From Bdellovibrionales bacterium (GTDB lineage: Bacteria > Bdellovibrionota > Bdellovibrionia > Bdellovibrionales > UBA1609): a stretch of DNA of 64,000 nt. Location: positions 143,472-207,471 of the forward strand of contig OZ245336.1 in the NCBI GenBank assembly GCA_965226095.1, in the 5' to 3' direction. Positions within the stretch are counted from its first letter, which is position 1. Each line of letters starts with the position of its first letter. Shown in pieces: positions 9,401-16,696 of the stretch. The notes below the pieces were generated by a model. That model was not told the origin of the DNA and did not search any database. It worked only from the letters and a program-made list of their open reading frames with translations. The position numbers and the translations under genes are program-made.

Positions 9401-10946
9401 ACTCCAAGCAAACATAGATGAATGGGTAAAGATATATAACGAATTGAACAGCAGTTTCATAGAGGATTTTGTAGAACGAAGACAGGAATTTATTCAGAAT
9501 TTTTACAAAAATATATATCCAGGGATAGCAGAGCGGGCACTAAAAAATGAAGAAATTACACAAGAGGAGTTTCACATAAAGGAAGAGTTATGGACTTCTA
9601 TTCGGGATAAAATAGACAATAACCAATTAGCACAAATGTCACAGGACGAAATTAATGACTTTAAACAAACTTTAGCACGAGAAATTGACAATAGTCCCAC
9701 AGCACTGAAAAATGCACAAACAACATTAGAAAATTGGCAAACAAGCAATACAAATGAAACCATAAAAACAATAGAACCTGCTCATCTTTTTAGTATATGG
9801 TGGGAAAATACTATTACGCCTTCAATAGATTATTTTCTATCTTTATCCAAAGGAGAATTTGAAGATATGAGAGACTATCAATTCCCTGGACCTTTATTTC
9901 AAAATACAGTAGAAGAAATAGATTTAGTAATTAATAATACAATAGAAGGGAACAAACTCATAGAACTGTTTCCATCCTTAGTAGCAAATAATCAATTAAG
10001 TAGTTCTATATTCATTTCACCTCTTATGTCCGCAGATTTTGGGATTACACCATCGTATTCTTCAATTATGACGCATAAACATACTCTAAATCTAAAAGTA
10101 CCGGAAGGTATTTTTGCCAATATTCATTTTGAAATGACTTATTGGGCAGATTTAATTATGAATATGGCAAAAAGAAAAAAAGAACTGGATCCTGATGCTC
10201 ATATCGATTTGGCCACTCTTAAACAGCAATTAAACACCTTTACCGACATGTATGATGTAGATAAACTCTCTTATGATATACAACCTATGCTGGTGGGAGG
10301 AAATGATATAATGGAACCTTTTAATCCTGAAGATCGTGAGTCTGCTTATCTTTGTCATGAGCAAGGTACGGAAGGCGCCTGGTATAATCCTATCACCTGG
10401 TGGGGTTATGTAAAAAATTCTTTTATGCCTGTGCAGGTGACTCAGGAATGTTCTCTTCATTACAGATCCTTTTACTACCATTGGTTTCAGGATGATGAAG
10501 ATAAATATTTCCAAAAGAAAAGATGTTTAAGAGCTAACTATCTGCCAAAAAAAATGGGAGAACAATTTGGTATCGACATTAATGTATTATATAGCCGCCA
10601 AATGGATAGTAACTATGATCGTCAAATTGGCGCTTTTGGAGAAAGTGAAATACATGAAAATAAAAGTAGCGACAGTAACACATTATTGGATCAACTCTTA
10701 AAGTATGCTTTACTTCGATTAAATGTGCTGGAAGTGGAAATGAGCCAGGCAATAACTATGCGGTGGGACCCTGCTGTTGATAAAACAGAACAACATCATG
10801 ATTATATGCTAAATCCAACAATACCTTCCACAGGGAAAAACTCGTGTGACAATTATATTGAGGAATTCGATGCCTTGATAGACTCCAAAGTCGAACAAGC
10901 AATGGAAGAAGCGGAGCTAGCTGAAGAAGTGGAAACACAGCCTTAA
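6477..10946 (+). CDS. Giant orphan membrane/secreted protein (1489 aa)
   Basis: Signal-like N-terminus, then GEPPKDGEPPKE. About 4 hydrophobic TM-like segments fall within aa 120-325. Long acidic coiled-coil-like stretches follow, and the C-terminal part is rich in Trp, Tyr and Cys. It is the only long ORF across 4.5 kb. No family recognised. Confidence 0.7.
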   Translation: MQTSLFYRFLLILLLLFNPISSLANKGEPPKDGEPPKEDLNIHIDRADREELNKFKPSNITPADVKFMEKQFKKLGENLQNLEGGIIHNFTGERTIRDQNGKKMKVRVRGPIEKMRYQTRHFPAEAFIFYSAIGATMATKAWVEAGNGRTDPMWLSNLYHELTSPVGLFSFYCFLLASGQTGYAFAKLWNLEKKLAGVKAQMAIVQGAKNSGQLTKELLKRQKRLQRGLRWQNTIVGQAGLAMGIFASNVVTEFYYVMQSPTWDHCIKEIFRKDKTLISQNHALQCDLLADEAWDTIRSWGPAVLSVLSASLISSALMEASAINKGVQKLNKLRHGIKEGIADIKTQEIPVKKQIKLPFISNLNIKYSPTTLSKWRKYVALATLTPIVKVAQWGVKFINLVGFMLIDEHLTHKMFEPINEYWILGDLRGGIDNFIGQYARMNPDEDGLICETNNDCEYHPVLVSAHESAQQFSQWRQYKSLILTGAHHNWLMYINKATGAAMAAQQIYTQLVQASTDLHSNFNKEHYFISEEDSFTEYESTLIKDMRKTGAEISELEENITRLEKSLEESSEENSSSEEQKIFAPLDLISKSKRQITMAERINLFAEALDELKDYKNANNINCQNQTAKLQQLELVNPNISPHPDYYFLQLKRTSQSSYLWTDAERACILEAMFNTIYSSNIEPFFTDSDSAKQQAEDIIKATMGGISEAEELRTWGRDLLRKKVLSAGLELLGTISIQMRRKINDEAHIPVINSYIPRSDKRQKRIDDQIAQNIFVKLHEKMKVIRSYPRGELYTQKINNHYNNLTEQEGHQFIPALFDFNIFRNDRMTDFMLSSFLCGENEEIFKDINLDRGGILNRLDQGDHPTDIIDDELSAVSRNFNGTYYTSVLPRFPALKLSDQELSQLCSERINTLSTRTGVSTSYLPVKVGNRSYPNLLHLVLDNIDIEQLRNLAIPFMEKDKLEDIEMLQSSIETLQANIDEWVKIYNELNSSFIEDFVERRQEFIQNFYKNIYPGIAERALKNEEITQEEFHIKEELWTSIRDKIDNNQLAQMSQDEINDFKQTLAREIDNSPTALKNAQTTLENWQTSNTNETIKTIEPAHLFSIWWENTITPSIDYFLSLSKGEFEDMRDYQFPGPLFQNTVEEIDLVINNTIEGNKLIELFPSLVANNQLSSSIFISPLMSADFGITPSYSSIMTHKHTLNLKVPEGIFANIHFEMTYWADLIMNMAKRKKELDPDAHIDLATLKQQLNTFTDMYDVDKLSYDIQPMLVGGNDIMEPFNPEDRESAYLCHEQGTEGAWYNPITWWGYVKNSFMPVQVTQECSLHYRSFYYHWFQDDEDKYFQKKRCLRANYLPKKMGEQFGIDINVLYSRQMDSNYDRQIGAFGESEIHENKSSDSNTLLDQLLKYALLRLNVLEVEMSQAITMRWDPAVDKTEQHHDYMLNPTIPSTGKNSCDNYIEEFDALIDSKVEQAMEEAELAEEVETQP

Positions 10947-10995
10947 CTAAATACATTGTTTGACAAATGATTCAAATTTTCTTTAAACAATACAT

Positions 10996-11919
10996 GTGTT
11001 GTTACAAAAAATTTTTCGCAGATCCGCTTTAAGCCTTCTCACTCTTTTTTTAGCCATCAGTTTTAGTTTTTTTCTCATTCATCTGGTGCCTGGCGATCCC
11101 ATAGATTTTATTTTAGGAGAACAAAGTGGATCCGTAGAACGATTGCAACTGCAAAAATCACTTGGGCTGGATCAAAGCCTTGGACAACAATATAAAACTT
11201 TTCTCACTAAACTGATCAAAGGAGACATGGGGCAGTCCTTGCATTCCCGCCTACCCGTTCGAAAACATCTGGCAGATGCCCTGCCAGCTACTTTTCAACT
11301 GGCCATTTTGTCCTTACTATTAGCTATGCTGTGGGGACTGCCGACCGGTTTTGTATCTGCAGTGAAAAAAGGTAAAATAGATTTGAGTTTATCTGTGTTT
11401 TCTCTTTCTGCTATGTCCATTCCCGCTTTTGTCCTGGCACCAATTTTAATATGGCTCTTTTCCGTCCAACTTTCTTTGTTGCCAGTCAGTGACATGTCTG
11501 CCGGTATTCGATCTTTTATTCTACCAGCCCTGAGCCTGGCCCTACCTTTAGGAGCAGTCTTAGTTAAAATGAGTCGCGCTTCCTTATTGGAAATCATGAA
11601 TCAAAATTATGTGCGAACGGCCTGGGCCAAGGGACTCTCTTTCAAAGCAGTGCACTTTAGACATATATTAAAAAATGCACTCACCCCTATTATTACTGTA
11701 CTGGGTCTTCAAATGGGAGCCCTGCTCACTGGCACTGTGATCATAGAAAGTATTTTTGATTGGCCAGGACTGGGCCTACTATTGTTGGAATCCATTTATC
11801 GTCGTGACTATCCGGTGGTGCAAGGTTGTGTACTGCTTATTGCTGTCATTTATGTCCTGGTTAATTTAACAGTGGATATTATGTATATGTGGACACAACC
11901 TAAAATCAGATTTTCATAA
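10996..11919 (+). CDS. Peptide/nickel-type ABC transporter permease (DppB/OppB family)
   Basis: 307 aa with 6 TM segments. N-terminal pattern LLTLFLAISFSFFLIHLVPGDP and an EAA-like loop YVRTAWAKGLS. Start is GTG/TTG at 10996/10999. Confidence 0.88.
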   Translation: MLLQKIFRRSALSLLTLFLAISFSFFLIHLVPGDPIDFILGEQSGSVERLQLQKSLGLDQSLGQQYKTFLTKLIKGDMGQSLHSRLPVRKHLADALPATFQLAILSLLLAMLWGLPTGFVSAVKKGKIDLSLSVFSLSAMSIPAFVLAPILIWLFSVQLSLLPVSDMSAGIRSFILPALSLALPLGAVLVKMSRASLLEIMNQNYVRTAWAKGLSFKAVHFRHILKNALTPIITVLGLQMGALLTGTVIIESIFDWPGLGLLLLESIYRRDYPVVQGCVLLIAVIYVLVNLTVDIMYMWTQPKIRFS

Positions 11920-11932
11920 AAAGGATAGAGTA

Positions 11933-12772
11933 TTGATAAAAAATTATAAATTGTTTTTCACTCCCAGAATGTTGGCAGGCTTAATTGGATTATCCATAAT
12001 AACAGTCCTGGCTTTATTGGCTCCTGTTATCAGTCCTTTTGACCCTTTGAATATGAACTTGGCAAGAGCTTATGAAAGCCCTAACCTTCAACACTTGTTT
12101 GGCCTGGATGAAAACGGTTTGGATCTACTTTCCCAAGTTTTCTACGGCAGTCGTATTTCCTTATTCATTTCTCTATCTGTTGTTTTAATTTGTTTGTCTG
12201 TGGGTTTAATCATTGGATCCGTTTCTGCTTATGCCGGAGGCATGGTGGATCAAGTACTCATGCGGTTGGTGGACTTAGTATCTGCCTTTCCACGATTCCT
12301 GTTGGCTCTGGCGGTGCTGGCTTTTTTAGGCTCCAGTATATTAAATCTGATTTTAGCCTTGTGCCTTTCCGGCTGGACTGGCTTTGCCAGGCTGGTGCGA
12401 GGTGAAGTTTTACATCTGAAAGAAGAAGAATATATATTAAGCGCCAAGTCCCAAGGCGCCTCCCTTAGAAGAGTTTTGTGCTTTCATATCTGGCCAAACC
12501 TTTTAGGGATACTGTCCGTACAAGTTGCATTTTCCTTGGTGGCTGTCGTGATTGCTGAGGCAGGCTTAAGCTTTTTAGGTTTGGGAGTACCCGCTGATAT
12601 CCCCTCCTGGGGCCGGCTGCTTAGCAATGGCAGAACAGTATTAGCGGAAGCTCCTCATATCAGCTTTTTTCCTGGATTGGCCTTGTTCCTATTGGTCTTA
12701 TCCTTTCAACTCTGTGGAGAAGCTCTAAGAGATTTTTTTGATCCAAAAACCAAACAAGGTGTAAAAACATGA
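11933..12772 (+). CDS. Peptide/nickel-type ABC transporter permease (DppC/OppC family)
   Basis: 279 aa. Motifs GLDENGLDLLSQVFYGSRISL and YILSAKSQGAS are typical of DppC/OppC. TTG start. Confidence 0.88.
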   Translation: MIKNYKLFFTPRMLAGLIGLSIITVLALLAPVISPFDPLNMNLARAYESPNLQHLFGLDENGLDLLSQVFYGSRISLFISLSVVLICLSVGLIIGSVSAYAGGMVDQVLMRLVDLVSAFPRFLLALAVLAFLGSSILNLILALCLSGWTGFARLVRGEVLHLKEEEYILSAKSQGASLRRVLCFHIWPNLLGILSVQVAFSLVAVVIAEAGLSFLGLGVPADIPSWGRLLSNGRTVLAEAPHISFFPGLALFLLVLSFQLCGEALRDFFDPKTKQGVKT

Positions 12773-13842
12773 AACCCAGTCAGCTTATTTGGTCAGGCAT
12801 ACAAGGTCTCACTCTCACCCAAGAAGAAAAACACTGGATCGAAGAAGAGGAAATCTCCTGTATCATTTTATTTAAAAGAAATATTTCCTCTCTTCAACAA
12901 TTTCATGAACTTTGTCACAGTATCCATCAGTTAAAAAATAAACCTCTAATTGCCATGGACAGAGAAGGTGGACCAGTGGATAGATTGAAATACCTATCGG
13001 AATTTTGCCAATGGCCAGCTCCGGAACAATTGGCAAAAATTTGTTCTTTAAGTGAAATTAAAAAGACCGCTTTCTACATGGGAAGAGAATTAAAAACAGC
13101 AGGCATTGCTATCAACTTCGCACCCTGTTGGGATCTCCCCTCTACCTCTGTACCCAGTACATTATTTAAAGGAAGATTATGGACCTTATCCGCAAATGTG
13201 CAACAGGTGAGTGAAAATGCAAAGGCTTTTCTACAAGGTCTGGAAGAGGCTGGTCTGGCTAAAACCGCCAAGCATTTTCCCGGACATGGCGGTGTTTCAG
13301 AAGATTCTCATAAAACATTGCCCATAGATAAACGCCCTTGGAAAGAGATCCAACAAAAGGATTTAATGATTTTCCAAAACGCTATTGAACAAAACCTGGA
13401 TTTAATAATGACTGCCCATGTTTTATATTCAGATATGGATTCTAAATTTCCCGCTTCTTTGTCACAAAATATTTTGCAAAATATTTTACGGGAACAAATG
13501 CAGTTTAAAGGTTTGATTGTATCTGATGATCTGGATATGAAAGCACTCAGTGGCTCTTTAAAAGAGATCACCATAAATATTTTAAAAGCCGGAGGGGATA
13601 TTTTATTAAAATGCCAAATGAATGCTAATAACTTTCAAATCTCTAAATGGCTGAATGAAGCTGTTCAGCAAAAAATATTATCTGTTAGTGCCATGCAGGA
13701 AAAAATTCGAAGACTTAAAAAATTTAAACAAAGATTTTCAAATATAACTCCTCTCCCCTTTGCTGAATGGCAAAATATTGTAACAGACCCAATAGTCCAT
13801 GCATGGTGCCAAAAATTACAAAGTCGTATCCAACAAGCATAA
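12769..13842 (+). CDS. nagZ: Beta-N-acetylhexosaminidase (GH3, NagZ-like)
   Basis: 357 aa. Carries the KHFPGHG motif, IAMDREGGPV and VSDDLDMKA, all typical of NagZ. The start overlaps the permease stop by 4 nt (ATGA). Confidence 0.82.
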   Translation: MKPSQLIWSGIQGLTLTQEEKHWIEEEEISCIILFKRNISSLQQFHELCHSIHQLKNKPLIAMDREGGPVDRLKYLSEFCQWPAPEQLAKICSLSEIKKTAFYMGRELKTAGIAINFAPCWDLPSTSVPSTLFKGRLWTLSANVQQVSENAKAFLQGLEEAGLAKTAKHFPGHGGVSEDSHKTLPIDKRPWKEIQQKDLMIFQNAIEQNLDLIMTAHVLYSDMDSKFPASLSQNILQNILREQMQFKGLIVSDDLDMKALSGSLKEITINILKAGGDILLKCQMNANNFQISKWLNEAVQQKILSVSAMQEKIRRLKKFKQRFSNITPLPFAEWQNIVTDPIVHAWCQKLQSRIQQA

Positions 13843-13883
13843 AACCTGACAAAATTTAATTTTATAATATATTGAAAGAAGAA

Positions 13884-14477
13884 ATGAATATCCATAAAGA
13901 TAAAGTCATTGTTTTAAAATATATTCTTTTTGAAGAATCTCATTTGATTATACACACTTTAAATATACAAGGAGCCAGGCTGTCTTTTATAGCTAAAGGA
14001 GCTAAAAAAAGTCGTAAAAGATTTGCCGGCGGGGTGTTGGAGCCAGGACATTTTATTGGTGTGGAATACCGTCAGGCTCGCCGCTCTTCCTTGCATTTTC
14101 TACAGGATGCCTGGTTTTTAAGACGTTTTGATGGCTTAAGAAAAGACTATGAACGTTTAAATATGGCTTTACATTTTTTGAATCTGATCGAAAAAATCAG
14201 CCAGGAGGGAATGGAAGACTGTGCAGATATATTTAACTTACTGGGCAATAGCTTAAATGCTCTGGAACATTCACAAGATTTACCCGCTTTACAATTTGTC
14301 TTTGAGTATCGCCTCTTACTAAGCCAGGGAGTTTTACCAACAGAATTGCATTTACACAAAACACTTTTAGGCTTGACTGTGGAAGATCATTTTCAACTCA
14401 ACAAAGAAGCCATTCATTACAAGGATATGAAACCGGCTGTGCATTCAGCCATAGAAGACTATGTTTTCAGTAGATAA
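13884..14477 (+). CDS. recO: DNA repair protein RecO
   Basis: Length and pattern fit RecO: an OB-fold N-terminus (KVIVLKYILFEESHLIIHTLNIQGARLSFIAKGAKKSRKRF) followed by a helical C-terminus. An alternative TTG start exists at 13872. Confidence 0.75.
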   Translation: MNIHKDKVIVLKYILFEESHLIIHTLNIQGARLSFIAKGAKKSRKRFAGGVLEPGHFIGVEYRQARRSSLHFLQDAWFLRRFDGLRKDYERLNMALHFLNLIEKISQEGMEDCADIFNLLGNSLNALEHSQDLPALQFVFEYRLLLSQGVLPTELHLHKTLLGLTVEDHFQLNKEAIHYKDMKPAVHSAIEDYVFSR

Positions 14478-14523
14478 AAATTGACATAAAAATACTATCC
14501 AGGCGAGTGTATATAAGGATGAG

Positions 14524-14612
14524 TGTCATTCCAGTGAAAACGGGAATCCAGAAAATAACATAAATGGTACCCGACTGGATCCCTGCTTGCGCAGGGATGA
14601 CGAAGCTTAAGC
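14524..14612. repeat. Small palindromic intergenic repeat element (GTCATTCC...GGAATCCAG family), two-hairpin copy
   Basis: Left end is GTCATTCCAGTGAAAACGGGAATCCAG. The right end is the inverted relative CTGGATCCCTGCTTGCGCAGGGATGACGAAGCTTAAGC, with a perfect 8-bp stem ATCCCTGC/GCAGGGAT. A related copy sits at 28680-28750. Confidence 0.7.
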
Positions 14613-16301
14613 GGGAATGCCGGTAGGGATAGCACTAAGTAATTTTTTAGTGTAATCATCCTGAGGACGAGCATAAATATCTACAGAAGAATTATGCTCA
14701 ACCACTTTCCCTTTATTCATGACACAAACTTCATCAGAAATAAATTTCACCACCGCCATGTCATGAGAGATAAAAATATAAGTTAAGCCCATTTCTTCCT
14801 GTAGATCCAAAAGCAGGTTAATAATTTGAGCTTGGATGGATACATCCAAGGCTGAAACACATTCATCACATATAATAAACTCCGGTTGAACAGCCAAAGC
14901 ACGGGCAATGCAAACCCTTTGTCTTTGTCCACCGGAGAATTCATGCGGATAACGATGAAGCATCTCGGAGGTTAAACCTACTCGCTCCATAAGGGCTTCT
15001 GCCTTTTTCAACCGCTCTTTTTTATCCGCCCCCAGTTTATGAATCAACATAGGCTCCATAATAGCGGAACCAATAATCATTCTTGGATTTAAAGAAGCAT
15101 AAGGATCTTGAAAAATCACCTGCATTTTTTTTCTAAGAGGTTGCATTTCCTTCCAAGATAAGTTCATAATATTTTGATTCCTATAAAAAACCTCTCCGGC
15201 AGTCAGTGGAAGCAATCGTAAAATAACTCGGCCCAAAGTAGTTTTTCCACAACCGGATTCCCCAACTAAGCCTAAAGTAGCACCTTTTTGTACAGTAAAA
15301 GAAACATCATCGACTGCTTTCACCCAAGACTGAACAGTTCCAAAAAAATTCTTTTTAAGAGGAAAATATTTTTTTAAATTTTTTATTTCCAATAAAACTT
15401 CACTATTTGATAAACTTTTTACGACTTTCTTTTCTGGCTCTTTTGGATCCAAGGGCTTCCCCTCTTCATCCATGTAATCATTCATCACCGGTAAACGATG
15501 ACAATCCTTGTCCAGAGTAGGCCTGCAAGCGATCAAACCACGAGTGTAGGGGTGCTCCGGCTGAGAAAATACTTCAGCTGTACTCTTATGCTCTACAATT
15601 TTCCCTTTATACATAACCAACACTTCATCCGCTATCTCTGCAATCAAACCCAGATTATGAGTAATAAATAAAATACTCATGGAATATTTTTGCTGTAAAT
15701 TCCTTAACAACTCCATAATCTGTTTTTGAATAGTCACATCCAGGGCTGTCGTCGGTTCATCCGCAATAAGTAAATCCGGACTACAAGCAATAGCCATTGC
15801 AATCATTACTCGCTGTCTTTGTCCCCCACTGAGCTGATGAGGATAAGATTTGATTCGCTCCTGTGGTTCTTTAATTTCCACTTGTGTCAGCAATTCAATA
15901 GACTTTTCCCAGGCTTTCTTCTTGGATAAACCCTGGTGCAAAATCAAAGCCTCTGAAATCTGATTACCAACAGTAAAAACCGGATTCAAACTGGACATAG
16001 GCTCTTGGAAAATCATGGAAATTTTATTGCCTCGAATTTTTCGCAAAGCCGGCTCCGGTAAAGATAAAATATCTTGCTTATCCAAAAAAATTTGTCCGGA
16101 GGAAATGCGCCCAGGAGGTTCTGGAATCAATCTCATCATGGATAAAGCCGTCACACTTTTGCCGCTACCGGATTCCCCCACTAAGCCTATTGTTTTTCCT
16201 TTTGGAATATCAAAAGATACTCCTTTGACAGCATGTATAGTTTCCCTATTATCAATAGAAAAATCCACTGATAAATTTTTAACTTGTATTAAAGGTGACA
16301 T
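14607..16301 (-). CDS. ABC transporter ATP-binding protein with duplicated ATPase domains (DppD/DppF-fused, GsiA/YejF-like)
   Basis: Two Walker A motifs (GESGSGKS; GESGCGKT), two LSGGQRQR signatures and two Walker B motifs. The preferred start MSPLIQVKNL at 16301 follows a GAGGAA RBS. The ORF extends to 16319. Confidence 0.9.
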   Translation of the reverse strand: MSPLIQVKNLSVDFSIDNRETIHAVKGVSFDIPKGKTIGLVGESGSGKSVTALSMMRLIPEPPGRISSGQIFLDKQDILSLPEPALRKIRGNKISMIFQEPMSSLNPVFTVGNQISEALILHQGLSKKKAWEKSIELLTQVEIKEPQERIKSYPHQLSGGQRQRVMIAMAIACSPDLLIADEPTTALDVTIQKQIMELLRNLQQKYSMSILFITHNLGLIAEIADEVLVMYKGKIVEHKSTAEVFSQPEHPYTRGLIACRPTLDKDCHRLPVMNDYMDEEGKPLDPKEPEKKVVKSLSNSEVLLEIKNLKKYFPLKKNFFGTVQSWVKAVDDVSFTVQKGATLGLVGESGCGKTTLGRVILRLLPLTAGEVFYRNQNIMNLSWKEMQPLRKKMQVIFQDPYASLNPRMIIGSAIMEPMLIHKLGADKKERLKKAEALMERVGLTSEMLHRYPHEFSGGQRQRVCIARALAVQPEFIICDECVSALDVSIQAQIINLLLDLQEEMGLTYIFISHDMAVVKFISDEVCVMNKGKVVEHNSSVDIYARPQDDYTKKLLSAIPTGIPA

Positions 16302-16520
16302 ATTTCCTCGTGAAAACAATTGGTTATTTTATTGACCTTCGACTGCTTCCCTATTTTGTCGTAAACCATTTAAAAAACAACAACAAAAGTATTATGTGTT
16401 TTTCATAAAGAATACAAGTATTAAATCATATTGACCAAGGGTTTAAACAGATCTGCCTACTTTTGTAGAGGATGACATAGCCATTTAAGAAGTATTGAGC
16501 TGGAAAGTTCAGCGGCGAGA

Positions 16521-16548
16521 GTTCAAGCGTAGCGTCCCGAGCAAGCTG
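16521..16548. repeat. Inverted copy of the intergenic repeat CAGCTTGCTCGGGACGCTWCGCTTGRAC
   Basis: The reverse complement of 16521-16548 matches 33997-34024 at 26 of 28 positions. Confidence 0.65.
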
Positions 16549-16696
16549 AATCTTTACAGCTTAAAGATACTGAAAGGGCTGACTCTCTTATTAACCATGT
16601 AATCTTTACATCTTCTCTATAAAAATTTGCAATGCTCATTTTTCTCCTATAGGATGCTCACTAATTGATGAAAAATAAGTGGAAAAAGGATTGAAC

